Positions 53,585-64,000 are shown, counted from the first letter of the stretch. The stretch: 64,000 bases of DNA from Eubacteriales bacterium (GCA_030524545.1 JAUNGM010000020.1:17884-81883), one strand, 5' to 3'. Made by a program: numbers and translations. The notes: generated by a model from the letters alone, not told the origin.

Positions 53585-54958
53585 ATGGCAGAACAGGAGG
53601 ACATCGTAGTGGGCAGATGGTTTGAAGAAGCAGTATTTTATCACATGTATCCTATTGGAATGACAGGGGCACCCAGACGGAATGAGCAGACGGAAGTAAC
53701 ACACAGATTTCCGGCGCTGGAGGAATGGCTGCCCCATATTGCATCCCTTGGGTGTACAGCGATTTATATAGGACCTTTATTTGAATCGACTTCACATGGT
53801 TATGACACCAGGGATTATAAGCTGGTGGACAGAAGACTGGGCGATAATGATGATTTTAAGCACTTTGTAAAAGAAGCACATGAACTGGGAATCAAGGTAG
53901 TCGTAGACGGCGTATTTAATCATACGGGCCGCGAATTTTTTGCTTTTCAGGATATTCAGCGCAACAGAGAAAATTCACCTTATTGCTGCTGGTATAAGGG
54001 AATTAATTTTGGCTGGAATTCTCCGTACAATGATGGGTTTGGATATGAGGCATGGAGAAACTGTTTTGAACTGGCCAACCTGAATCTTTGGGAGCCGCAG
54101 GTACGGAATTACCTTTTGGATGTAATAGGGTTCTGGATTGATGAGTTTGACATTGACGGTATCCGTCTGGACTGTGCGGATTGTCTGGAATTTTCCTTTA
54201 TGGAAGATATGCGCAGATTTACCAATGAGAAAAAGGCGGATTTCTGGCTGATGGGAGAGGTTATCCATGGAGACTACAGCCGGTATGTGAAACCGTATAT
54301 GCTGGACAGTGTAACGAATTATGAGCTGCACAAGGGATTGTATTCCGGGCATAATGACCACAATTATTTTGAGATCGCACACACCATCCGCCGGGAGTTT
54401 GACCAGAACGGCGGTATTTACAGAGGAATGAAGCTGTATTCCTTCGTGGACAACCATGATGTGGACAGGATTGCATCCAAGCTGAATGTGCCGGGACATA
54501 TTTATCCGGTTTATACCCTTTTGTTTACTCTTCCGGGGATTCCGTCAATCTACTATGGCTCTGAATGGGGGATTCAGGGACGCAAGGAGGGCGGCAATGA
54601 TGATCCGCTTCGCCCTGCGGTAGACCTGAAGGAGGCATTGAAGGAGGTTCCGGATCCGGAGCTTCTGGAGTGGATTCGGACGCTGGGTAAAATTCATAAA
54701 GATCAGCCTGCACTTGCAAACGGCAGTTATCAGGAGCTGCTTTTAACAAACAGGCAGTATGCTTTTGCCAGGATTTTGGATGGACAGGGTGTCGTTGTGG
54801 CAGTAAATAATGATGATAAAGAGGCGGAACTCCACATCAGAGTGCCTCTTGCGGGCAAGACGTATAAGAGCCTGGTCAATGACGAGGAAGTTCAGGCGCA
54901 GGACGGAATGCTCCATATCAGGCTCTTGCCGAATGAGAGTCAGATTCTTTCTTTTTAA
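53585..54958 (+). CDS. GH13 alpha-amylase-family glycosidase (intracellular)
   Basis: Conserved regions DGVFNH, GIRLDCAD, GEVIH and FVDNHD. Confidence 0.85.
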   Translation: MAEQEDIVVGRWFEEAVFYHMYPIGMTGAPRRNEQTEVTHRFPALEEWLPHIASLGCTAIYIGPLFESTSHGYDTRDYKLVDRRLGDNDDFKHFVKEAHELGIKVVVDGVFNHTGREFFAFQDIQRNRENSPYCCWYKGINFGWNSPYNDGFGYEAWRNCFELANLNLWEPQVRNYLLDVIGFWIDEFDIDGIRLDCADCLEFSFMEDMRRFTNEKKADFWLMGEVIHGDYSRYVKPYMLDSVTNYELHKGLYSGHNDHNYFEIAHTIRREFDQNGGIYRGMKLYSFVDNHDVDRIASKLNVPGHIYPVYTLLFTLPGIPSIYYGSEWGIQGRKEGGNDDPLRPAVDLKEALKEVPDPELLEWIRTLGKIHKDQPALANGSYQELLLTNRQYAFARILDGQGVVVAVNNDDKEAELHIRVPLAGKTYKSLVNDEEVQAQDGMLHIRLLPNESQILSF

Positions 54959-54988
54959 TAATAAGGTATTATAGGGAGGTACGAATCG

Positions 54989-56875
54989 ATGGGAAAGAAG
55001 TTAGAATTTACGGATCTGGACCAATATTTATTTGGTCAGGGTACACATTATGATGTGTACAAAAAGATGGGGGCACATCCAACGACACAGAACCGTAAGA
55101 AAGGTGTTTATTTTGCCGTATGGGCACCTAATGCGCAGTCAGTTTCCGTAATCGGGGAGTTTAACGATTGGGATAAAACTGCCAACCCAATGGAAAAGGC
55201 CGGCCCAATCGGCGTTTTCCAGGTCTTTGTACCAGGTGCAAAGGTGGGGGATTTATACAAATTCTTTATTGTAGGTATGCATGGGGAGGAGCTTTTCAAA
55301 GCGGATCCCTATGGAAATTCCGCAGAACTGCGCCCGGGAACTGCATCCAGAGTTGCGGACATCTCCAGTTATAAATGGAATGATTCCGCATGGATGAAGA
55401 GCCGCCTTGAGTTTGATGAAAATAAAAATGCAATGGCCATTTATGAGGTGCATCCGGGTTCCTGGAAAAAGCATCCCGTAACAGAAGAAGGAGAAACAGG
55501 CTTTTATAATTACCGGGAATTTGCACACGAGCTTGCGAAATATGTAAAAGAAATGGGATATACCCACGTAGAACTGATGGGCATTGCGGAACATCCGTTT
55601 GACGGTTCCTGGGGATATCAGGTAACCGGATATTATGCCCCTACCTCCCGTTACGGAACTCCGGAAGATTTTAAATATATGGTAGATTACCTGCATAAAA
55701 ATAAAATTGGTGTTATTCTGGACTGGGTACCTGCCCATTTCCCGAAAGATGCACACGGTCTTGCCAACTTTGACGGAACGGCTGTTTATGAGCATGAAGA
55801 TCCGAGACAGGGCGAGCATCCGGACTGGGGTACCAAGATTTATAATTATGGAAGACCGGAAGTAAAGAACTTCCTGATTGCAAATGCACTATTCTGGGTG
55901 GAAGAGTGCCATGTAGACGGACTTCGTGTGGATGCGGTTGCTTCCATGCTTTATCTGGACTATGGTAAGAGTGACGGACAGTGGGTTGCTAATAAATACG
56001 GCGATAATAAGAACCTGGAGGCGATTGAGTTCTTCAAGCATCTGAACACGGTTCTTCTTGGCAGAAATCACGGTACTGTGATGATTGCCGAGGAATCTAC
56101 CGCATGGCCGAAGGTCACCGGTAAAGCAGAAGATGACGGGCTTGGCTTCTCCCTGAAGTGGAATATGGGATGGATGAACGACTTCCTGGAATACATGAAG
56201 CTGGATCCGTATTTCCGTAAATACAATCATAATAAGATGACATTTTCCATGGCATATGCATACAGTGAGAAGTATGTGCTGGTGCTTTCCCATGATGAGG
56301 TGGTACATCTGAAATGTTCCATGGTAAATAAGATGCCGGGATATCTGGATGATAAATTTAAGAATCTGAAGACGGCATATACCTTTATGATGTGCCATCC
56401 CGGCAAGAAGCTTCTGTTTATGGGGCAGGAGTTCGGACAGCTTCGCGAGTGGAGTGAGGAGAGAGAGCTCGACTGGTATCTGCTGGGTGAAGACAATCAT
56501 AAAGACCTGCAGAAATTTGTGAAGGGGCTTCTTCATATGTACCGCAAATATCCTGCTCTCTATGCAGTGGATAATACTCCGGACGGCTTTGAATGGATTA
56601 ATGCAGATGACGGGGACAGAAGTATCTTCAGCTTTGTGCGCAAATCGCCTACCAAGAGGAATAATGTTCTGGTGGTATGCAATTTTACTCCTGTGGAGCG
56701 TGCAGATTACCGAGTAGGTGTACCGAAGAAGAAACAGTATAAACTGATCATGAATGAAACAGGAATGCTGGAAAAACCGGTGGTATACAAAGCAGAGAAA
56801 CAGGAATGCGACAACAGGGAATTCTCCTTTGCGTATCCGCTGGCACCATATGGAGTAGGAATTTTCCTGTATTAA
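54989..56875 (+). CDS. glgB: 1,4-alpha-glucan branching enzyme
   Basis: CBM48 plus GH13_9 pattern: DGLRVDAVASM, IAEEST, SHDEVVH. Confidence 0.95.
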   Translation: MGKKLEFTDLDQYLFGQGTHYDVYKKMGAHPTTQNRKKGVYFAVWAPNAQSVSVIGEFNDWDKTANPMEKAGPIGVFQVFVPGAKVGDLYKFFIVGMHGEELFKADPYGNSAELRPGTASRVADISSYKWNDSAWMKSRLEFDENKNAMAIYEVHPGSWKKHPVTEEGETGFYNYREFAHELAKYVKEMGYTHVELMGIAEHPFDGSWGYQVTGYYAPTSRYGTPEDFKYMVDYLHKNKIGVILDWVPAHFPKDAHGLANFDGTAVYEHEDPRQGEHPDWGTKIYNYGRPEVKNFLIANALFWVEECHVDGLRVDAVASMLYLDYGKSDGQWVANKYGDNKNLEAIEFFKHLNTVLLGRNHGTVMIAEESTAWPKVTGKAEDDGLGFSLKWNMGWMNDFLEYMKLDPYFRKYNHNKMTFSMAYAYSEKYVLVLSHDEVVHLKCSMVNKMPGYLDDKFKNLKTAYTFMMCHPGKKLLFMGQEFGQLREWSEERELDWYLLGEDNHKDLQKFVKGLLHMYRKYPALYAVDNTPDGFEWINADDGDRSIFSFVRKSPTKRNNVLVVCNFTPVERADYRVGVPKKKQYKLIMNETGMLEKPVVYKAEKQECDNREFSFAYPLAPYGVGIFLY

Positions 56876-57044
56876 GATTGGGAATCTTCCCCAAGAAAAG
56901 GATTGCAATTTAGAAAAAGATGCGTTATAATGTGCGCGAAAGCAATGAGATATGCCCGTTGGGGCATCCCGGAATTTATGCTCTGCTTATTGCTATTCCG
57001 GATCTGAGATGAATTGCTTGCTGTAAATGGAAAGGGGAATTATT

Positions 57045-57278
57045 ATGAAAGTATCTAACATTAAAGACGTAGAAAAATTTTTTAAAGTAGTAGATAGCTG
57101 CACAGGCAAAGTAGAACTGGTAACAGGAGAAGGAGACAGACTGAACCTGAAATCAAAACTGTCCCAGTATGTATCTTTAGCTAATATTTTCTCCGGCGGA
57201 GAGATTCCGGAACTGGAGATCGTAGCTTATGAGAAGGAAGACATTGATAAACTGATGTACTTCATGATCAACGGCTGA
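57045..57278 (+). CDS. Small hypothetical protein (77 aa)
   Basis: AAAGGGGA RBS 7-8 nt upstream of the ATG at 57045. No recognised family. Confidence 0.5.
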   Translation: MKVSNIKDVEKFFKVVDSCTGKVELVTGEGDRLNLKSKLSQYVSLANIFSGGEIPELEIVAYEKEDIDKLMYFMING

Positions 57279-57354
57279 TTGTAACATAAGAGAGTGGCGG
57301 GGGCGTGACGGATTTGTTGTGATGCAGATCTCATGGCCCCCTGATTTATCTATC

Positions 57355-57480
57355 ATAGAACTGTTACGTTTTACCAATATACGAGGACTGTTCAGCGAAA
57401 ATGAATAAGACAGTACACCAGAGGGGACAGTAACAGAAAAGAATCATAACCAGGGGGCAGTAAGTGCTTCCTGGTCAAAT
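57355..57480 (+). promoter_or_regulatory. Repeat-rich leader upstream of the CobW-type GTPase genes (possible operator array or structured RNA)
   Basis: ACTGTTAC, ACTGTTCA, ACAGTACA, ACAGTAAC and GCAGTAAG half-sites. Tandem units ACCAGAGGGGACAGTAACAG and ACCAGGGGGCAGTAAGTG. CCTGGT at 57470-57475 is complementary to both ACCAG(G) copies. Confidence 0.3.
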
Positions 57481-57503
57481 TGCGTTTGAAAGGAGTCTTA
57501 AAA

Positions 57504-58577
57504 ATGGCAAAAATCGATATTATTTCCGGCTTCCTTGGAGCCGGCAAGACCACATTGATCAAGAAGCTTCTGAAGGAAGCATTTCAGGATGAGCAGGTAG
57601 TTCTGATTGAAAATGAATTTGGAGAAATCGGCATTGACGGAGGTTTCCTGAAAGAAGCGGGAATCGAAATCAGAGAAATGAATTCCGGGTGTATCTGCTG
57701 TTCTCTGGTAGGCGATTTTGGGGCATCACTGAAAGAAGTGATCACCAAATATAATCCGGACAGAATCCTGATCGAGCCATCCGGTGTGGGAAAATTATCA
57801 GATGTAATAAAAGCTGTTCAGGGAGTTCAGGAAGAGACAGGTCTTGTGCTGAATAGCTATACAACAGTGGTAGATGCTAAGAAGTGTAAGATGTATATGC
57901 GCAATTTCGGAGAATTTTTCAATAATCAGGTGGAATATGCCGGAGCAATTATTATGAGCCGGACAGATATTGTAGATGAAAAAAAGGCTATGGAATCTAT
58001 GGCGCTTTTGCGTGGAATTAACGAAAAGGCTGCCATTATTACCACACCGATTGAAAAGCTGGACGGTAAAAAACTGCTGGAAGTCATGGAGCATCCGGTT
58101 TCTCTGGAAAAACAGATGATGGAGGAAGAGGTTTGCCCGGAATGCGGACATGTGCATGACCATGAGCATGAGCATCATCACCATCACGACCATGAGGAGT
58201 GCTGTGATCATGACCATGAGCACGAGCATCATCATCACCACGACCATGATGACCATTGCGGCTGCGGCCATGACCATGACCATCATCATCACCACCATGC
58301 AGATGAAGTATTCACAAGCTGGGGCCGTGAGACTGTGAAGAAGTTTACAAAAGAAGGGTTGGAAGAGATTCTGGAGAAGCTGTCTGATTCAGAGGAATAT
58401 GGAATCATTCTTCGTGCAAAGGGAATGCTTCCGGCCGAGGACGGAACCTGGATCTACTTTGACATGGTTCCGGAAGAAACGGAAATCCGTGAAGGAGCAC
58501 CGGAATATACAGGACGTCTTTGTGTGATCGGCTCCAGGATGGCGGAAGACAAACTGGCAGAATTATTTGGATTATAA
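57504..58577 (+). CDS. CobW/COG0523-family GTPase metallochaperone with a long His/Cys-rich insert
   Basis: P-loop GFLGAGKTT, CxCC motif GCICCS, His-rich block, CobW_C-like end. Confidence 0.85.
   Translation: MAKIDIISGFLGAGKTTLIKKLLKEAFQDEQVVLIENEFGEIGIDGGFLKEAGIEIREMNSGCICCSLVGDFGASLKEVITKYNPDRILIEPSGVGKLSDVIKAVQGVQEETGLVLNSYTTVVDAKKCKMYMRNFGEFFNNQVEYAGAIIMSRTDIVDEKKAMESMALLRGINEKAAIITTPIEKLDGKKLLEVMEHPVSLEKQMMEEEVCPECGHVHDHEHEHHHHHDHEECCDHDHEHEHHHHHDHDDHCGCGHDHDHHHHHHADEVFTSWGRETVKKFTKEGLEEILEKLSDSEEYGIILRAKGMLPAEDGTWIYFDMVPEETEIREGAPEYTGRLCVIGSRMAEDKLAELFGL
58155..58304 (+). repeat. Three imperfect tandem coding units (54-60 bp), each encoding HDHEHEHHHHHDH plus a Cys pair
   Basis: Units start at 58155, 58209 and 58269 (CATGACCATGA...). 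Confidence 0.8.
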
Positions 58578-58595
58578 TCAGGAGGGAATCTAAGA

Positions 58596-59546
58596 ATGGA
58601 CGAAATCCGTGTTCCCATATATTTAATCTCAGGATTTTTAGAAAGCGGCAAAACTTCTTTCCTGAATTTTACCCTGCAGCAGGACTATTTCTGTATTGAA
58701 GGAAAGACTCTGTTGATCCTCTGTGAAGAGGGCGAAGAAGAATATGATATGGAAGCGCTGAAGCTGACCAACACCGTTGTGGAGATTATCGAAAAAGAAG
58801 AGGATCTGACTCCGGAGCGCCTGATGGCAATGGACATCATCCATCAGCCGGAACGAGTGATCATTGAGTACAATGGCATGTGGCTTGTCAGCAAATTTGA
58901 ACAGATGAAGCTGCCGGAAGGCTGGGGCATTGAGCAGGAGATTACCTGTGTGGATGCGAGCACTTTCCAGATGTATATGAATAACATGAAATCTATTTTT
59001 ATGGATATGGCCCGCAATGCTGATATGGTGGTATTCAACCGGTGCAAACAGGATGATCCGCTTCCTGCCTACCGCAGAAGCATTAAAGTTGTCAATCAGA
59101 GGGCAGAAGTTATTTTTGAAGATGAAGAAGGCGAGCTTGACGATATTTTCCAGGATGAGATGCCGTTTGATATCAATGCTCCGGTCATCGAGATTCTGCC
59201 GGAGGATTATGGGATCTGGTTTGTGGATGCCATGGATCATCCGGATACCTATGTGGGGAAAACCGTTCGGTTTAAAGGCCGTGCTCTGAAGCCGAGAGGA
59301 ATGGGAAGCAGGTTCTTTGTTCCCGGGCGCACGGCTATGACCTGTTGTGCAGATGATACCACGTTTCTTGGCTATGTATGCAAAAGCAGTGTTGCTCCGG
59401 CTCTCAGGGAGGGCCAGTGGGTAGAAGTGACTGCAAAGGTTGCTTTTGAAAACCGCATGGAATATCAGGGCGAGGGGATTGTCCTTTATGCAGATCAGGT
59501 AGAGCCATGCGCACCGCTGGAAGAAGAGATGGTTTATTTCAACTAG
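58596..59546 (+). CDS. CobW-like GTP-binding protein paralog lacking the CxCC motif
   Basis: P-loop-like ISGFLESGKTSF. C-terminal CobW_C-like region with CCADD. Confidence 0.7.
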   Translation: MDEIRVPIYLISGFLESGKTSFLNFTLQQDYFCIEGKTLLILCEEGEEEYDMEALKLTNTVVEIIEKEEDLTPERLMAMDIIHQPERVIIEYNGMWLVSKFEQMKLPEGWGIEQEITCVDASTFQMYMNNMKSIFMDMARNADMVVFNRCKQDDPLPAYRRSIKVVNQRAEVIFEDEEGELDDIFQDEMPFDINAPVIEILPEDYGIWFVDAMDHPDTYVGKTVRFKGRALKPRGMGSRFFVPGRTAMTCCADDTTFLGYVCKSSVAPALREGQWVEVTAKVAFENRMEYQGEGIVLYADQVEPCAPLEEEMVYFN

Positions 59547-59612
59547 CCGGACTGCCGGGGAAAGAGAACGTGAGAATCATCTTTATGATACAGAAAAACG
59601 ATGGAGGAATGA

Positions 59613-60206
59613 ATGATGTATTTGATCGTTGGTTTGGGAAATCCGGGCAGACAATATGAAGGAACACGCCACAACATGGGATTTGACACAATCGACTATC
59701 TGATTGAAAAACACCGGATTCCGCAGGGCGGTGTAAAATTTAATGCCATGTACGGCAAAGGAATCATTGGCGGGGAAAGAGTAATTCTCATGAAACCGCT
59801 GTCTTATATGAATTTAAGCGGCGGCCCGGTACGAGAGATGGCAAATTACTTCAAAATCGACCCGGAAACGGAAATGATCGTAGTCTATGATGATATTGAC
59901 CTGGAGCCGGGACAGCTTCGCATCCGCAAGCAGGGAAGTGCGGGCGGACATAACGGAATTAAGGATATCATCCGCCAGCTTGGCACCCAGAAATTTCTGC
60001 GTGTCAAAGTGGGCGTGGGGGCCAAACCCAGGGGCTGGGATCTGGCAGATCATGTATTGAGCCGTTTTGCTGATGGTGAGCGCAGACTTGTGGATGAATC
60101 TATCGGCAGAGCCGGCGACGCAGTGGAAATGATGATTTCCGAAGGAACGGACGCTGCAATGAATGAGTATAACAAAAAGGCAGTTCCGGCATCGGAAAAG
60201 GAATAA
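59613..60206 (+). CDS. pth: Peptidyl-tRNA hydrolase
   Basis: LIVGLGNPG..YEGTRHNMGF, GGHNG. Start is 59613 or 59616. Confidence 0.95.
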   Translation: MMYLIVGLGNPGRQYEGTRHNMGFDTIDYLIEKHRIPQGGVKFNAMYGKGIIGGERVILMKPLSYMNLSGGPVREMANYFKIDPETEMIVVYDDIDLEPGQLRIRKQGSAGGHNGIKDIIRQLGTQKFLRVKVGVGAKPRGWDLADHVLSRFADGERRLVDESIGRAGDAVEMMISEGTDAAMNEYNKKAVPASEKE

Positions 60207-60215
60207 GAGGTTTTT

Positions 60216-63200
60216 ATGGAAGCTTTTTTGCAGCCTCTGCAGAATCTTGCAGAGATGGAACAGATATGGAAATGCAGTAAAGAAAATCATGGAATTCTCG
60301 AGATAACCGGATGTATGGAGTCCCAGAAAGCTCATCTGATGTATGGGCTTTCCGGGCTCTTTCCCTGTAAGCTGATTTTGGCCGAGGATGAACGCAGAGC
60401 AAAGGAACTCTACGAGGATTACCGTTTTTATAACAAAAATGTATATTTTTATCCTGCAAAAGACCTGCTTTTTTTCCAGGCGGATATTCACGGAAATCTG
60501 ATCATACGCCAGAGAATGCAGGTGATCCGCGCACTTCTGGAGCAGGAGGAGCTGACGGTTGTTACAAGTGTGGACGGCTGCATGGATTATCTGATGCCTT
60601 TGGAAAAAATCAGGCAAAGCCTTCTCCATTATAAAAGCGACAGTGAGATGGATCTGGACGCGCTGAAATCATCTCTGGTGAGGATGGGATACGAACGTGT
60701 CGGGCAGGTAGAAATGCCGGGGCAGTTTTCTGTGCGGGGCGGAATCATTGATATTTATCCTCTTACGGAGGAAAATCCTCTGCGGATTGAGCTATGGGGA
60801 GATGAAATTGATTCTATCCGGAGTTTTGACGCACAGAGCCAGCGTTCTCTGGAAAATCTGGAAGAGATTACGATTTATCCGGCTATAGAGCAGACCGGTG
60901 ACAGAGATATGGTGACTTTTCTGGATTATTTTCCCAAAAAGCGCTGTGTGGTTTTTCTGGATGAGATGAACCGTCTGTCAGCGAATGCACAGAGTGTGGA
61001 GGAAGAACTGCTCCAGAGCCGTCGAAACCGTGAGGAAAAGGGAATTCAGAATTTGCCTGAACTGTGGCTTTGCGGCTTTGAAGAGCTCTGCAGGAATCTG
61101 AACAAAAGAAACTGTATTGCATTAAGCGCCCTGGAGCAGAAAAAAGAGAACTGGAGGATTACGGAAAAATTCAGCCTTACTGTAAAGTCCATCAGTTCTT
61201 ATAACAGCAGTTTTGAACTTCTGGTAAAGGATCTTCAGAAATATAAGAAGCAGGGCTTTCAGATCGCGCTGCTTTCCGGTTCCCGAACAAGGGCGGAGCG
61301 TTTGGCCAGGGATCTGCAGGAGGAAGGGCTGAATGCGTTTTACAGTCAGAACTATGACCGTATCATCCAGCCGGGAGAGATCATGGTGGTCTACGGACAC
61401 GCCAAAAAAGGGTTTGAGTATCCTCTTGTAAAATTTGCAGTTATTACGGAAACGGATATCTTCGGGCAGGAGCAGAAACCCAGGCGGAAAAAGAAAAATT
61501 ATACCGGGCAGCGGATCCAGGATTTTTCCGAGCTGTCCATCGGGGATTTTGTGGTTCATGAAAAGCATGGCCTCGGAATTTACAGAGGTATCGAAAAAGT
61601 AGAAGTTGATAAGATTATCAAGGATTATATTAAAATTGAGTACAGGGAAGGAAGCAACCTGTATATTCTGGCAACACAGCTGGATGCTTTACAGAAATAC
61701 GCAGGAGGCGAGACTGCCAAAGCCCCGAAGCTGAACAAGCTGGGCGGACAGGAATGGATCAGAACCAAGACGCGGGTAAAGGGAGCTGTACAGAACATTG
61801 CGAAAGAACTGGTGGAGCTTTATGCAGTCCGCCAGGAAAAGGAAGGCTATGTCTGCGGTCCGGATTCGGTATGGCAGAGAGAGTTTGAAGAAATGTTTCC
61901 TTACGAGGAGACGGAGGATCAGCTTGCAGCTATTGAAGACACCAAGCGGGATATGGAAAGTACAAAGATCATGGACCGGCTGGTATGCGGAGATGTAGGC
62001 TACGGAAAGACGGAGGTGGCACTTCGGGCTGCTTTTAAAGCGGTGCAGGAGAGCAGGCAGGTGGTCTATCTGGTTCCCACAACGATTCTTGCCCAGCAGC
62101 ATTACAATACCTTTGTCCAGAGAATGAAGGAATTTCCGGTAAGGGTAGATTTGCTGTGCCGCTTCCGCACACCTGCCCAGCAGAAAAAGACCATTGAGGA
62201 TCTGAAAAAAGGCCTGGTGGATGTGGTGATCGGTACCCACAGGGTGCTTTCCAAGGATGTGCAGTTTAAGAATCTGGGTCTCTTGATCATTGATGAGGAA
62301 CAGCGCTTCGGAGTGACCCATAAAGAGAAAATCAAGCAAATGAAGAAGGACATTGATGTGCTGACCCTGACTGCCACGCCAATTCCGCGGACCCTTCATA
62401 TGAGTATGATCGGAATACGTGATATGAGCGTGCTGGAGGAGCCTCCAATGGACCGTGTGCCGATTCAGACATATGTGATGGAGTATGATGAAGAGACGGT
62501 GCGTGAGGCTATTAACAGGGAACTGCGCAGAGGCGGGCAGGTTTATTATGTCTATAACCGTGTGAACGATATTGCGGAGGTGGCCCTTCGGATATCGAAG
62601 CTTGTGCCGGATGCCAGGGTGGATTTTGCCCATGGTCAGATGAGTGAGCGGGAGCTGGAAAACGTGATGTATGGATTTATCAATGGGGAGATTGATGTGC
62701 TGGTTTCCACGACCATTATTGAGACCGGACTGGACATTTCCAATGTAAATACGATGATCATCCATGATTCGGACAGATACGGCCTTTCTCAGCTTTACCA
62801 GCTTCGTGGGCGCATCGGGCGTTCCAACAGGACGGCGTATGCGTTCCTGATGTACAGACGGAATATGATGCTGAAAGAGACTGCGGAAAAAAGGCTTTCT
62901 GCAATCCGCGAATATACGGATCTGGGCAGTGGGTTTAAGATTGCCATGCGTGACCTGGAACTGCGCGGCGCAGGGAACCTTCTTGGGGCTGAGCAGCATG
63001 GGCACATGAACGCAGTAGGCTATGACCTGTACTGCAAAATGCTCAATGAAGCCGTGAAGGAAGCAAAAGGAATCCGCACGATGGAGGACTTTGAGACAAC
63101 AATTGACCTGAATATGGATGCCTTTATTCCGGACAGTTATATCAGCAATGAGTTCCAGAAGCTGGATGTTTATAAGAGAATTGCAGCAATTGAGTCACAG

Positions 63201-63533
63201 CAGGACTATGATGACATGCTGGAGGAACTGCTGGACCGTTTCGGAGAACTGCCAAAAGCCGTGCTGAATCTTCTTGCGATTGCAAAACTGAAGGCGCTGG
63301 CGCATCGGGCATATGTGACGGAAATCAAGCAGCTTGGAAAGGATATGCGTATTACGCTCTATGAAAAAGCCGGGCTGAACCCTGCCGGTATTCCGGAACT
63401 GGTGCAGAAATACAGGCGTGGGCTTCAGTTTAAAATGGAGCAGGAACCAAAGTTTTTCTTTACGCCGGAAGGCGGGGTGATCGAGGCGTTGACAGGATTT
63501 GCAGAAGAACTGGCAAAGCTGGTGGAAGAGTAG
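60216..63533 (+). CDS. mfd: Transcription-repair coupling factor
   Basis: UvrB-homology N-domain, RNAP-interacting domain, SF2 helicase motifs ([16 protein letters not shown]), TRG motif region. 1105 aa. Confidence 0.97.
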   Translation: MEAFLQPLQNLAEMEQIWKCSKENHGILEITGCMESQKAHLMYGLSGLFPCKLILAEDERRAKELYEDYRFYNKNVYFYPAKDLLFFQADIHGNLIIRQRMQVIRALLEQEELTVVTSVDGCMDYLMPLEKIRQSLLHYKSDSEMDLDALKSSLVRMGYERVGQVEMPGQFSVRGGIIDIYPLTEENPLRIELWGDEIDSIRSFDAQSQRSLENLEEITIYPAIEQTGDRDMVTFLDYFPKKRCVVFLDEMNRLSANAQSVEEELLQSRRNREEKGIQNLPELWLCGFEELCRNLNKRNCIALSALEQKKENWRITEKFSLTVKSISSYNSSFELLVKDLQKYKKQGFQIALLSGSRTRAERLARDLQEEGLNAFYSQNYDRIIQPGEIMVVYGHAKKGFEYPLVKFAVITETDIFGQEQKPRRKKKNYTGQRIQDFSELSIGDFVVHEKHGLGIYRGIEKVEVDKIIKDYIKIEYREGSNLYILATQLDALQKYAGGETAKAPKLNKLGGQEWIRTKTRVKGAVQNIAKELVELYAVRQEKEGYVCGPDSVWQREFEEMFPYEETEDQLAAIEDTKRDMESTKIMDRLVCGDVGYGKTEVALRAAFKAVQESRQVVYLVPTTILAQQHYNTFVQRMKEFPVRVDLLCRFRTPAQQKKTIEDLKKGLVDVVIGTHRVLSKDVQFKNLGLLIIDEEQRFGVTHKEKIKQMKKDIDVLTLTATPIPRTLHMSMIGIRDMSVLEEPPMDRVPIQTYVMEYDEETVREAINRELRRGGQVYYVYNRVNDIAEVALRISKLVPDARVDFAHGQMSERELENVMYGFINGEIDVLVSTTIIETGLDISNVNTMIIHDSDRYGLSQLYQLRGRIGRSNRTAYAFLMYRRNMMLKETAEKRLSAIREYTDLGSGFKIAMRDLELRGAGNLLGAEQHGHMNAVGYDLYCKMLNEAVKEAKGIRTMEDFETTIDLNMDAFIPDSYISNEFQKLDVYKRIAAIESQQDYDDMLEELLDRFGELPKAVLNLLAIAKLKALAHRAYVTEIKQLGKDMRITLYEKAGLNPAGIPELVQKYRRGLQFKMEQEPKFFFTPEGGVIEALTGFAEELAKLVEE

Positions 63534-63739
63534 GGTACCGGACGGCAGTGTTCGAATCCCGCCTTTCGTACCTCACGCATGACTGAGTGGTTATGAAAGT
63601 TGTGTGAAAAATTGTTGTTTTTTGCAAATTGCCTTGCCCTTGGGACGAAAAAAGATTATACTCATAATTATAGTGATTTGTCCGAAGGACAAATCATGTC
63701 CGTTTAGATAGAATGTAAGTGCAGTATCAGGAGGAAAAG

Positions 63740-64000
63740 ATGAAAGAGTTAGCAAAGAAAACAGCCGTGGCAGCTCTTGCAGGAGTTATGGCAGCAGGAA
63801 TGCTTACAGGCTGCGGAGAGAAGGAATTAGACGGTACCAAGACCGTTGCAACTGTAGATGGAACAGAGATTCCCCTTGGTGTAGTGAGCCTTATGGCGCG
63901 CCAGCAGCAGGCTTATACGGAGGCTATGTACGCCAGCTTTATGGGCGGAAGCACGGGAAATATCTGGGATACGGAGGCAGATTCCGAATCCGGTGAAACG
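63740..64000 (+). CDS. PrsA/SurA-like foldase lipoprotein, N-terminal part (continues beyond the window)
   Basis: AGGAGG RBS, lipobox MLTGC, VATVDGTEIPLG segment. The frame is open to the window end. Not in the supplied ORF track because it is truncated. Confidence 0.65.
   Translation, partial: MKELAKKTAVAALAGVMAAGMLTGCGEKELDGTKTVATVDGTEIPLGVVSLMARQQQAYTEAMYASFMGGSTGNIWDTEADSESGET

Noticed and set aside
57798-58338. ORFs rich in M/V/I (minus strand) or M/T/I (plus strand, alternative frame) across the His-rich region.
   Set aside because: They are frame or strand shadows of the CAT/CAC-rich repeat encoding the CobW His tract.
63545-63580. A tRNA-like T-loop sequence (GTGTTCGAATCCCGCC) just after mfd, considered as a tRNA gene or an att-site remnant.
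   Set aside because: - The flanking bases do not form a T-stem (CAGTG versus CCCGC).
- No acceptor, D or anticodon arms can be drawn.
- At most it is a degenerate fragment, and there is no adjacent integrase or compositional shift.

Overview
This is a 64-kb chromosomal segment from a spore-forming Firmicute, class Clostridia. The gene content resembles Lachnospiraceae-type gut anaerobes, but the taxon is only an inference. All calls rest on motif recognition in the supplied translations and on reading the DNA by eye; no searches were run.

Most genes are on the plus strand and are housekeeping or carbohydrate genes:
- ABC exporter 3' end, uracil permease, ferritin plus a Bfd-like ferredoxin, and a frameshifted HtrA protease
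- nucleoside hydrolase plus a DEDD exonuclease, and a DD-carboxypeptidase
- an Ile T-box leader followed by ileS and glgP
- a GH78 rhamnosidase locus with YesN/YesM-type two-component genes and a sugar ABC importer
- a Na/Pi transporter, spmA and spmB, plsC, ispE, and a GntR regulator
- a GerA-type germinant receptor, murI, and a minus-strand CotH-DUF4956-VTC operon
- a cell-wall cluster (two NodB-like paralogs, a trigger-factor-like lipoprotein, nagA, a NodB deacetylase, an FN3-repeat protein)
- a GH13 amylase, glgB, two CobW-type GTPases, pth, mfd, and the start of a PrsA-like lipoprotein

I found no rRNA, tRNA, CRISPR array, transposase or integrase.

The stand-out region is a roughly 1.9-kb AT-rich insertion at about 27.55-29.39 kb, wedged between spmA and spmB. 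It is bracketed by a diverged 41-bp duplicate of the spmA 3' coding segment. It carries a translationally coupled three-gene operon: a small XRE-like HTH protein, an ImmA/IrrE (HEXXH) metallopeptidase and a PIN-like nuclease. I interpret this as a candidate protease-licensed toxin or anti-phage module.

Other notable observations:
- a 1-nt frameshift in htrA and an in-frame TAA in the VTC gene
- a MITE-like element with direct-repeat flanks, and a recurring GAAGG..GAACAGTTAC hairpin motif family
- a repeat-filled 290-nt spacer between the ileS T-box terminator and the ileS start
- a fused and truncated GerAB-GerAC gene
- coding tandem repeats in CotH, in the CobW His-rich segment and in the NodB deacetylase
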